From Elusimicrobiota bacterium (GTDB lineage: Bacteria > Elusimicrobiota > Endomicrobiia > CG1-02-37-114 > JAHJSO01), in NCBI GenBank assembly GCA_043826435.1, contig JBDRQF010000008.1, positions 1 to 11,024 of the forward strand: DNA of 11,024 nt. The letters run 5' to 3'. This document shows, piece after piece, positions 1 to 7,279 of this stretch (position 1 is its first letter; each line of letters begins with the position of its first letter). The notes beneath the pieces were generated by a model, which saw only the letters and a program-made list of their open reading frames with translations, was not told the DNA's origin and ran no database searches. A program made the translations under genes and the position numbers.

Positions 1-2
1 TC

Positions 3-410
3 GGCGGGATATACAACTTCGGTAAAACCCTTACACTGGGGCTTGCAATAAAGAACGCAGGCACGCAGATTAAATACAGGGAGACCTCACACCCCCTGCC
101 TACGGACATAAAATTTGGCGTCGGGTGGAAGCCGCTCAAAGACATACTCACTGTTGCACTGGATATAAACAAGCCGCTGGACAACGTCGCAGGGGTGAGC
201 GCCGGACTGGAATACAACTACTGGTTTGCGACTGATATCCGTCTCGTCCCCAGGATTGGTTACAAAACCGGCGTTGAAGGACTCGGTGAGACCGCCGGCA
301 TGTCCGCAGGGCTGGGCTTCGTCTGGTCGGGATTTATACTTGATTACGCATGGACGCCATTCGGCCAGTTAAACGACACCCACAGGGTATCAATTTCATT
401 GAAACAATAA
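3..410 (+). CDS. PorV/PorQ-like (UPF0164-type) outer-membrane beta-barrel protein, C-terminal part (5' truncated by the window edge)
   Basis: The frame is open from position 3 (GGIYNFGKTLTLGLAIKNAGTQIKY...PLPTDIKFGVGW) into the 195..410 ORF. It shows alternating beta-strand patterns and the family-like C-terminus GLGF...DYAWTPFGQLNDTHRVSIS. Confidence 0.75.
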   Translation, partial: GGIYNFGKTLTLGLAIKNAGTQIKYRETSHPLPTDIKFGVGWKPLKDILTVALDINKPLDNVAGVSAGLEYNYWFATDIRLVPRIGYKTGVEGLGETAGMSAGLGFVWSGFILDYAWTPFGQLNDTHRVSISLKQ

Positions 411-528
411 TCCATTCTGGAATTTTTCTGCAAATTTTTGTATAATGGTGATGTTTGAAAAACAAACTGATTCAGAAAACACGTTAATGCGGAGCATATC
501 CGCGGACAGAGGGTTTAACGGAGACATT

Positions 529-1494
529 ATGCGTATCGGCGTCATCACACCCGGAGGGGACGCCCCGGGAATGAATGCCTGCATCAGGGCTGTAGTCAGA
601 AAAGGGATTGACTCAGGCATTGAGATTTACGGTATCAACAGGGGCTATACAGGACTGCTGGAGAACGATATTATCCCTCTCAATAAAAGATCGGTGAGCG
701 GCATAATCCACCATGGCGGCACAATGCTTAAAAGTTCAAGATGCATAGAAATAAGAACGGATGGGGGCATTAAGAGCGCTTCCGGCATTTTGAATAACCA
801 CCGCATTGAATATCTTGTGGTCATCGGTGGAGACGGCTCTTTTGTTGCAGCGAACAAAATATCAAAAAGGTCCGGGGCAGGCATAATTGGCATACCCGCA
901 ACGATTGACAACGATATATATGGCACCGACGAGACAATCGGTTTTGATACCGCTCTTGACACAGCAGTTGAAGCGATAGACAAAATCCGCGATACAGCCA
1001 CGAGTTTTGAAAGGGTGTTCCTGATTGAGGTTATGGGCCGCGAACATGGGTTCCTTGCCATTGAAATAGGGCTTGCTTCGGGGGCGGAGTTTGTTCTGAT
1101 TCCTGAAGTCAAACATGACGTAAGAAAAATATCCTCCGAATTAAAAAAATACAACAAGAGCGGGAAAACATCCGCCATAATTGTTTTTGCAGAGGGTGCG
1201 GGGGATGTCCGGGAAACCGCCGAGAAACTGGAGTCCTACACCGGTTTTCCCGCAAGGGTCAGTTCGCTCGGTTACATACAGAGAGGAGGCACGCCATCGG
1301 GCAGGTCAAGGATTCTCGGTACGCTGTTCGGCACCTACGCGATTGACCTGATAAAAAGAAAGAAAAAAAACAGGGTTGTGGTTGTCAGTAAATGCAGGAC
1401 GGGCGATATCCCGATTGAGACAGTAATCTCAAAAGAGAAAAAAATTAATCTTCTCTCATACAGGACTATACATCAAACCGCGGGGATATTTTAA
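529..1494 (+). CDS. pfkA: ATP-dependent 6-phosphofructokinase
   Basis: Motifs GGDAPGMNA, GGTMLKSSR, IGGDGS, PATIDND, TIGFDTA, EVMGR, GYIQRGG. G in GGDG and no K in P-x-TIDND point to the ATP type. Start placed at ATG 529 (MRIGVIT) after GGAG at 520-523, not at 445. Confidence 0.95.
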   Translation: MRIGVITPGGDAPGMNACIRAVVRKGIDSGIEIYGINRGYTGLLENDIIPLNKRSVSGIIHHGGTMLKSSRCIEIRTDGGIKSASGILNNHRIEYLVVIGGDGSFVAANKISKRSGAGIIGIPATIDNDIYGTDETIGFDTALDTAVEAIDKIRDTATSFERVFLIEVMGREHGFLAIEIGLASGAEFVLIPEVKHDVRKISSELKKYNKSGKTSAIIVFAEGAGDVRETAEKLESYTGFPARVSSLGYIQRGGTPSGRSRILGTLFGTYAIDLIKRKKKNRVVVVSKCRTGDIPIETVISKEKKINLLSYRTIHQTAGIF

Positions 1495-1512
1495 CGTGGG
1501 GAGTAGAACACC

Positions 1513-2973
1513 TTGGACAAACTAAAAATTTTGATACTTGCCGCGGGTGAAAGCACCAGGATGAAGTCGGAAACGACAAAACTTCTGTTCCCTGTCTGTG
1601 GCAGGCCGATAATAGAATACATATTGCAGACGTTGCGCGCGTTAATGCCCGAAGAAATCATCCTTGTCGTCGGCCACCAGTCGGAGAATATAATCCGGTT
1701 TTTGAAACAACGCGCTGAAATCACCCGAAACGGCAGAATCACCCGAAACGGCAGAATCACTATGAGCGCCGGGCAAATACCCCTCAGGTTTGTCCTGCAG
1801 AAAAACCAGTCGGGCACCGGCGACGCAGTCCAATCAGCCAAACGGTTTTTACGCAACTTCAGGGGACACATTCTAATTATGTGCGGGGACACGCCTCTGA
1901 TAACTAAAAATACGCTGAAATATTTTTTATCAAAACACGTAAAATCCGGTAGTGATTTGACTTTGCTCATCGCTCACTTGAAAAATTCTTACGGATATGG
2001 TAGAATTATAAGGGACCGCAATAACGCGCTTGTGCGTGTTTGTGAAGAAGCGGATTTACCGGACGGTTTGAAGTCGGTCACTGAAGTAAACACCGGTTTC
2101 TATTTGTGCAGGAACAATGGTTTTTTCTGGAAAGCCGTTGACGGCCTCAAAAAGAACCCTGTGAAAGGGGAGTACTATTTTACCGACGTTATTGAGCGCT
2201 TTTCAGCGGCCGGTAAAAAAATGTGTGCGGTCGGGACAGACAACGCCGACGAGGTGCTGGGCATAAACACAAGGAAAGACCTCGCATCAGCGGAAAAAAT
2301 CATGCGTCAGAGAATAAACGAAAAACACATGCTTGCCGGGGTAACCATGGTTGACCCCGGGAACACCTACATTGACGAACCGGTCAGGATAGGCCGTGAC
2401 ACGGTTATATCGCCATGTGTAACTCTCCGCGGGAAAACAAAAATCGGGAAAAATTGTTTCATCGGGCAGGGGAGTTTCATTGAGGACTCAATCATAGAGG
2501 ACAATGTTCACATAAGGTGCGCCTTTATCTACGGAAGCAGAATTAAAAAAGGAACGAAGGTCGGTCCTTTCTCGCACATAAGGCCCGGTTCGGTCGTCGG
2601 TGAGTCCGCGCGAATCGGTAATTTCGTTGAAGTCAAGAAGTCGTTCATCGGGAAAAATACAAAGGTCAGCCACCTCTCCTATATCGGCGACAGTTTACTT
2701 GAAGAAAACATAAACGTCGGCGCGGGCGCAATAACCTGCAATTTTGACGGGTTCAAAAAACACAAAACGCACATCGGCAAAAACACTTTCGTCGGGTCAA
2801 ACGTCAACCTGATAGCCCCCGTAAAAGTGGGCAGGGGCTCCATTATAGGCGCGGGCTCAACCATTACAAAAAACGTTCCGCCCGAATCCCTTGCCATAGC
2901 GAGAGAAAGACAGGTCGTTAAACCCCTGAGATTCCTGAAAAAAATAATACGGCAAAACAAACGGACGGGGTAA
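1513..2973 (+). CDS. glmU: Bifunctional UDP-GlcNAc pyrophosphorylase / glucosamine-1-phosphate N-acetyltransferase
   Basis: LAAGESTRMKS, GTGDAV, GDTPLI, GYGRIIR, GEYYFTD, hexapeptide repeats, GNFVEVK, HLSYIGD. TTG start after GGGGAG. Confidence 0.96.
   Translation: MDKLKILILAAGESTRMKSETTKLLFPVCGRPIIEYILQTLRALMPEEIILVVGHQSENIIRFLKQRAEITRNGRITRNGRITMSAGQIPLRFVLQKNQSGTGDAVQSAKRFLRNFRGHILIMCGDTPLITKNTLKYFLSKHVKSGSDLTLLIAHLKNSYGYGRIIRDRNNALVRVCEEADLPDGLKSVTEVNTGFYLCRNNGFFWKAVDGLKKNPVKGEYYFTDVIERFSAAGKKMCAVGTDNADEVLGINTRKDLASAEKIMRQRINEKHMLAGVTMVDPGNTYIDEPVRIGRDTVISPCVTLRGKTKIGKNCFIGQGSFIEDSIIEDNVHIRCAFIYGSRIKKGTKVGPFSHIRPGSVVGESARIGNFVEVKKSFIGKNTKVSHLSYIGDSLLEENINVGAGAITCNFDGFKKHKTHIGKNTFVGSNVNLIAPVKVGRGSIIGAGSTITKNVPPESLAIARERQVVKPLRFLKKIIRQNKRTG
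1719..1760 (+). repeat. In-frame 18-bp tandem repeat (AATCACCCGAAACGGCAG x2.3) inside glmU
   Basis: Exact copies at 1719-1736 and 1737-1754 plus AATCAC at 1755-1760; encodes ITRNGR-ITRNGR-IT. Confidence 0.95.
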
Positions 2974-3045
2974 ATTTCATACTAAAAGGTTAAGATTACT
3001 TCGGGGCGGAATTTACGCCCGAGCGAAGCGCAGGGAGAACTCAAA

Positions 3046-3990
3046 ATGAAAGAACAACTCAAACTCTTTTCAGGCAATGCTAATCTCCCGCTGGCGAATG
3101 CAATCGCCGGAAACATCGGCGTTAAACCCGGAAAGATTTTTGTAGACCGGTTTGCCGACGGCGAGATAAACGTGAAGATACTGGAGAACGTGCGAGGCAA
3201 GGACTGTTACGTAATACAGCCGACGTGCCCGCCGGTAAACGAAAACGTGATGGAACTGTTGATTATCATTGATGCCCTCCACAGGGCGTCCGCAAAAAGC
3301 GTAACCGCCGTTATGCCCTACTACGGCTACGGCAGACAGGACAGGAAGGCGGAGCCGCGGGTGCCCATCACGGCGAAACTAATCGCAAACCTGATCACTG
3401 CAAGCGGGGCGAACAGGGTTGTGGCTCTGGATATGCACGCTGGACAACTACAGGGCTTTTTTGATATACCGGTTGACAACCTTTATGCAACCCCGGTTTT
3501 TCTTGAATATCTCAAAGGCAGAAACTTTACGGCGCGGGCGGGGCGGACGTGCGTCGTCTCTCCCGATGCAGGCGGCGTGGAACGTGCGCGTGCGTTCGGT
3601 AAAAAACTTCGCGCATCGCTGGTAATCGTTGATAAACGCAGGCCCGTCCCGAATAAATCTTCCGTAATGCACGTAATCGGCGACGTGAAAAATAAAACCA
3701 CGCTGGTACTTGACGACATCGTTGACACCGCGGGGACGCTCCTGAAGGTTTCAGCCGCTCTGAAAAAAGCGGGCGCAGGGGAGGTTATTGCGCTTGCCAC
3801 TCACGGCATCCTTTCAGGGAATGCCGTTGAAAACATTGACCGGTCAGAAATAAGCCGGCTGGTAATAACCGACTCAATACCGTTGAGCAAAAAATCAAAA
3901 AAGATAATTGTGCTGCCGGTGGCCGGGCTGCTTGGCCGGGCGATAAGAAGAATAAACGATTGTGAATCCGTGAGCGAGTTGTTCGTTTAA
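3046..3990 (+). CDS. prs: Ribose-phosphate pyrophosphokinase
   Basis: FADGE, PYYGYGRQDRK, DMHAGQLQGFF, VVSPDAGGVERA, LDDIVDTAGT; AGGGAG upstream. Confidence 0.97.
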   Translation: MKEQLKLFSGNANLPLANAIAGNIGVKPGKIFVDRFADGEINVKILENVRGKDCYVIQPTCPPVNENVMELLIIIDALHRASAKSVTAVMPYYGYGRQDRKAEPRVPITAKLIANLITASGANRVVALDMHAGQLQGFFDIPVDNLYATPVFLEYLKGRNFTARAGRTCVVSPDAGGVERARAFGKKLRASLVIVDKRRPVPNKSSVMHVIGDVKNKTTLVLDDIVDTAGTLLKVSAALKKAGAGEVIALATHGILSGNAVENIDRSEISRLVITDSIPLSKKSKKIIVLPVAGLLGRAIRRINDCESVSELFV

Positions 3991-4098
3991 CCGCTTCGTC
4001 TTAAATGGCGGCAAGATAGACAGGGTCGCTGTTAGATGAATAAGGAGCACAAAAATAGCGACGGGCGCGAGATGTGAGAGCGCAGGGGGAAGGGTATA

Positions 4099-4836
4099 AT
4101 GGAACAAATAACGTTAACCGCAAAAAAAAGAGAAACCGTGTCAAAGGGAAACCTGAAAACGTCCAGGAAACAGGGATTGATACCGTCCGTCGTATATGGC
4201 TCCGGTGAAAAAACAATCCCTCTTTTCATCAACGAAAAAGAGTTGATAAAGATTTTGAGGACCGATTCCGCCACCAACGTGATTATCAAACTCCAGTACG
4301 ACAGCACGGTAAAAAACGTCCTTATGAAAGAAATTCAGAAAGACGTGCTTTCGCTGAAACCCCTACACGTTGATTTTCAGATTGTATCCATGGAGAAAAA
4401 GATTGAGGTGAACATCCCGATAAAAATAACGGGCGAAGCACCTGGCGTAAAAGCGCAGGGCGGGATACTTGAACACATAACGAGAGAAATCCGGGTGAAG
4501 TGTTTACCTGCAAAAATACCCGGAACAATTAACGTTGACGTCTCGTCGTTAAACATAGGGAATAACGTCACCTTAAAGGAACTGAAAATCCCAGCCGATG
4601 TTGAAGTCCTGGGTGACCCGAATTCAATCATCCTGCACATCATCGCACCTACCAAGGTTGAGGAGGTCGCCCCGACGGTTGATGCAATTTCCGTCGGACC
4701 TGCAGAACCTGAGATTATCTCCAAGGGCAAGAAGGAAGAGGAGGAAGAGGAGACGGCTGAAACAGGCAAACCGCAGGCGAAACAACCGGCTGCACCTGAG
4801 CAGCAAAAAGAAAAGAAACCTACTGAAAAGAAGTAA
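4099..4836 (+). CDS. rplY: 50S ribosomal protein L25 / general stress protein Ctc (long form with acidic tail)
   Basis: GLIPSVVYG, EIQKD, HVDF, GVKAQGGIL, EPEIISKGKKEEEEE; conserved prs-rplY-pth order. Confidence 0.95.
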   Translation: MEQITLTAKKRETVSKGNLKTSRKQGLIPSVVYGSGEKTIPLFINEKELIKILRTDSATNVIIKLQYDSTVKNVLMKEIQKDVLSLKPLHVDFQIVSMEKKIEVNIPIKITGEAPGVKAQGGILEHITREIRVKCLPAKIPGTINVDVSSLNIGNNVTLKELKIPADVEVLGDPNSIILHIIAPTKVEEVAPTVDAISVGPAEPEIISKGKKEEEEEETAETGKPQAKQPAAPEQQKEKKPTEKK

Positions 4837-4959
4837 TGCGTGCAACCTCAAGTCATATTATCATAGCCGTGTGTCAAATATTGCACCACGGGTTGATAGG
4901 GGATTAAACTGGTTGACTTCACCAAGATGTTCATAGATTAGAGATTGATTGAGGTGTAC

Positions 4960-5661
4960 GTGAAACTTATCGTCGGACTGGGCAACCCGGGCAGGAAATA
5001 TCAACGGACACGGCATAACGCCGGGTTTAACGTAATGGACAAACTGGCGGACGGGTGGAACGTGCAAATGAAAAAGTCTGCCATGTTCTCGTCCATGCTT
5101 GGTACGTACGTCTCCCGCACGCATCGCACACACGGCACCCGCACCTGCGGACACCATGCACACAGCGATACCCTCACGCACACAAGTCACCGCTCTCGCC
5201 GCGTCTCAACACCCCTGAACGCATCCACAATCTTAATATCAAAACCGCTTACCTACATGAACCTGTCGGGGGTTGCGGTGGAAAAAATAATCCGGATGTA
5301 CAAAATAGGGCTATCCGAAATCCTAATTGTGTACGACGACACCGCCCTGCCGTTAGGCAAACTCCGTCTCAAACCAGGCGGGTCTTCGGGAGGGCACAAC
5401 GGACTTGAATCAATAATAATGGCTCTCGGCTCCGGGGAATTCCCGCGGTTGCGTTTGGGCATAGGCCCTGTGCCTGCAAATACCGACCCGAAAGAATTCG
5501 TCCTAAGTGAATTTAGCGAGATGGAAAAAGAGGCGGTTGGCATGATGACCGTTGGTGCAGCGGATGCAATTGAGGAAATACTGCGGGTTGGTCTTGCCCG
5601 GGCGATGGAAACAATAAACCCTGCCGGTGCCCGTGTTGTGACACGGAGTCATTGCGAATAA
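4960..5661 (+). CDS. pth: Peptidyl-tRNA hydrolase with a His/Thr/Arg-rich insertion
   Basis: KLIVGLGNPG, TRHNAGF, KPLTYMNLSG, YDD, GGHNGLESI, RLRLGIG, FVLSEF. GTG start at 4960 after GAGGTG. Confidence 0.95.
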   Translation: MKLIVGLGNPGRKYQRTRHNAGFNVMDKLADGWNVQMKKSAMFSSMLGTYVSRTHRTHGTRTCGHHAHSDTLTHTSHRSRRVSTPLNASTILISKPLTYMNLSGVAVEKIIRMYKIGLSEILIVYDDTALPLGKLRLKPGGSSGGHNGLESIIMALGSGEFPRLRLGIGPVPANTDPKEFVLSEFSEMEKEAVGMMTVGAADAIEEILRVGLARAMETINPAGARVVTRSHCE

Positions 5662-5746
5662 TGTGTCATTGCGAGGAGCGAAGCCCCGAAGCAATCCCCT
5701 TTTATCATACTGTCATTGCGAGGAGCGTCAGCGACGAAGCAATCTC
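5648..5746 (+). repeat. REP-like palindromic repeats, consensus about TGTCATTGCGAGGAGCG(a/tc)AGCnnCGAAGCAATC: two full copies and one stub
   Basis: Copies at about 5664-5696 and 5711-5744, each with ATTGC...GCAAT arms; stub GTCATTGCGA at 5648-5657. Located between convergent pth and argB. Confidence 0.85.
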
Positions 5747-5760
5747 GTTGCACCGCGTGA

Positions 5761-6624
5761 CTATTTAGTGAGCCGCGTCCCCTTCCTTAAAAAATCAACC
5801 TGATTCGTAATGTGGACTTCTTTAACGCCTTTTTTTATCGCCGTCCTGCACCCGTCAAGTTTTGGTATCATCCCGCCGCCGACGATCCTTTTCTTTTTCA
5901 TATTATCTATTTCTGAACATTTTATTTTTGAAATTAAATTTCCCTTGTTGTCCAGCACCCCGGGCACATCACTGATAAATACCAGCGCCCGTGCTCCAAG
6001 CGACGCTGCGACCGCTGAGGCAACAGCATCTGCATTTACATTGAGAATGTGGTGCTCCCTGCCATCGACTGGGGACGCCTTCCCCTTTGCATTTATGTCG
6101 GCGCATACCGGCGAAAGGACAACTACCCTGCCGTGCTTGCCACCGCCCCTGCCAACTACCTTGTCGCCAACCCGTGCGCCAAATTCTCCACCCGAAAAAA
6201 GGGTGGACAGCAGAGACGCCCTGACACTCTTTATTTCACCCACATAACCCAGTGAAAAAATCCTTTTGGCTGTTATTAAATGCCTGCCTGAAACCTTTTC
6301 TGCGCCCGAAACACCGATTGCCATTACGTCCGCCTTCCTGCCCAGCATGTTTAATTCGGCCACAATGCTTTTGCGGACGCCGTCAAGCGCCCCGGCGACT
6401 ATATTAACCGCATCCCTGTTTGTATATCTCTGCCCCCCGACAAACCTGCTTTTCACACCCGCCCTCATCAGAGCGGAATCAATCTGCTTTTTTCCGCCGT
6501 GCACAAGTAAAACAGAATATTTTCCTGTAAGTTTGAGAATATTTCTGAAAAGCGCCCTTCTTTTTGACGGATCGGCGAATACACTGCCCCCTGTTTTTAC
6601 CACAAGATATTTAGAATGGGTCAT
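5761..6624 (-). CDS. argB: Acetylglutamate kinase (amino-acid kinase family)
   Basis: VVKTGGS, LVHGG, FVGGQRYT, GYVGEI, NVNAD, ISDVPGVL, GGMIPKL. Confidence 0.85.
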   Translation of the reverse strand: MTHSKYLVVKTGGSVFADPSKRRALFRNILKLTGKYSVLLVHGGKKQIDSALMRAGVKSRFVGGQRYTNRDAVNIVAGALDGVRKSIVAELNMLGRKADVMAIGVSGAEKVSGRHLITAKRIFSLGYVGEIKSVRASLLSTLFSGGEFGARVGDKVVGRGGGKHGRVVVLSPVCADINAKGKASPVDGREHHILNVNADAVASAVAASLGARALVFISDVPGVLDNKGNLISKIKCSEIDNMKKKRIVGGGMIPKLDGCRTAIKKGVKEVHITNQVDFLRKGTRLTK

Positions 6625-6652
6625 ATAAGTTTATACGAAACTGGCGCGCCGT

Positions 6653-7279
6653 CTATTTTAATCTTTCAATCTCTTTCTTTATTTCCTCAATTACTTCGGG
6701 ATTATGGATTATCTTGTTTTTTCCTTCGGTTATTGAAATAATATAAAATACCTTTCCGCCGTATTTTGCGGTAAATTTTTCATGCGTTTTTTTCTGTTGT
6801 TCTCTCTCGTTGATTATTTGCGTAATATATTCAAAGCCCGCAGGTTTTATTTGAAGGCCTATATATTTTTCGTGAATTTTAATAAAATAATCAACATTAT
6901 ATCCTCTATCCCAGTCGTCGGGGGCGGGCTCGATTTTAACTCCAAAAATTTTTTCAAGCTGTCCGTAAATTGTTTGAATTTCTGACTGATAACCGTTGAA
7001 GGTTCTATTTATTACCAAATTGTATATGAAATTTATACAATCTTCTTCGGTAACATCTTCTATTTCGGCTTTACAAATATCAGTAACCTTAATAAATAAA
7101 GTTTTCCCGAGTTGGTCGAGATGCTGTTTTGAATATGCTTTGTCTAAATAAAATTTTTCCCACTCGTTTAGTGTCTTTGGGGCACATTTTCTAATTAACT
7201 CTGCAACGGGACCAACTTTACTTTTTCGGGTTAGTCCCCATCGCATATTCGCTTGATTTAATATCCATTCTTTTGCCAT
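6653..7279 (-). CDS. MjaI-family type II restriction endonuclease
   Basis: VGPVAELI...EWEKFY N-terminus, NRTFNG, and a PD-(D/E)xK-like core (VDYFI...GLQIKP); overlaps the end of a DNA methyltransferase. Confidence 0.8.
   Translation of the reverse strand: MAKEWILNQANMRWGLTRKSKVGPVAELIRKCAPKTLNEWEKFYLDKAYSKQHLDQLGKTLFIKVTDICKAEIEDVTEEDCINFIYNLVINRTFNGYQSEIQTIYGQLEKIFGVKIEPAPDDWDRGYNVDYFIKIHEKYIGLQIKPAGFEYITQIINEREQQKKTHEKFTAKYGGKVFYIISITEGKNKIIHNPEVIEEIKKEIERLK

Noticed and set aside
445..528. 28-aa N-terminal extension of PfkA in the ORF track
   Set aside because: Family similarity starts at MRIGVIT (529), which has a GGAG RBS; ATG 445 overlaps a TATAAT (441-446) more likely to be promoter sequence.
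4720..4836. Low-complexity acidic/Pro/Lys tail of L25
   Set aside because: Ordinary feature of long Ctc-type L25 proteins.
5113..5214. Pth insertion as an intein or intron
   Set aside because: Too short, lacks intein terminal motifs (C-terminal HN) and group I/II intron features, and stays in frame.
5055..5408. Alternative-frame and antisense ORFs over pth, and similar ORFs over pfkA, glmU, prs, rplY, argB and the MTase
   Set aside because: They lie within well-supported genes and show no recognisable motifs.
1..6650. Apparent absence of CTAG (the MjaI site) in the core region by eye, with copies at 8149 and 9603
   Set aside because: CTAG is under-represented in many bacteria anyway, the scan was manual, and this enzyme's specificity is unknown.
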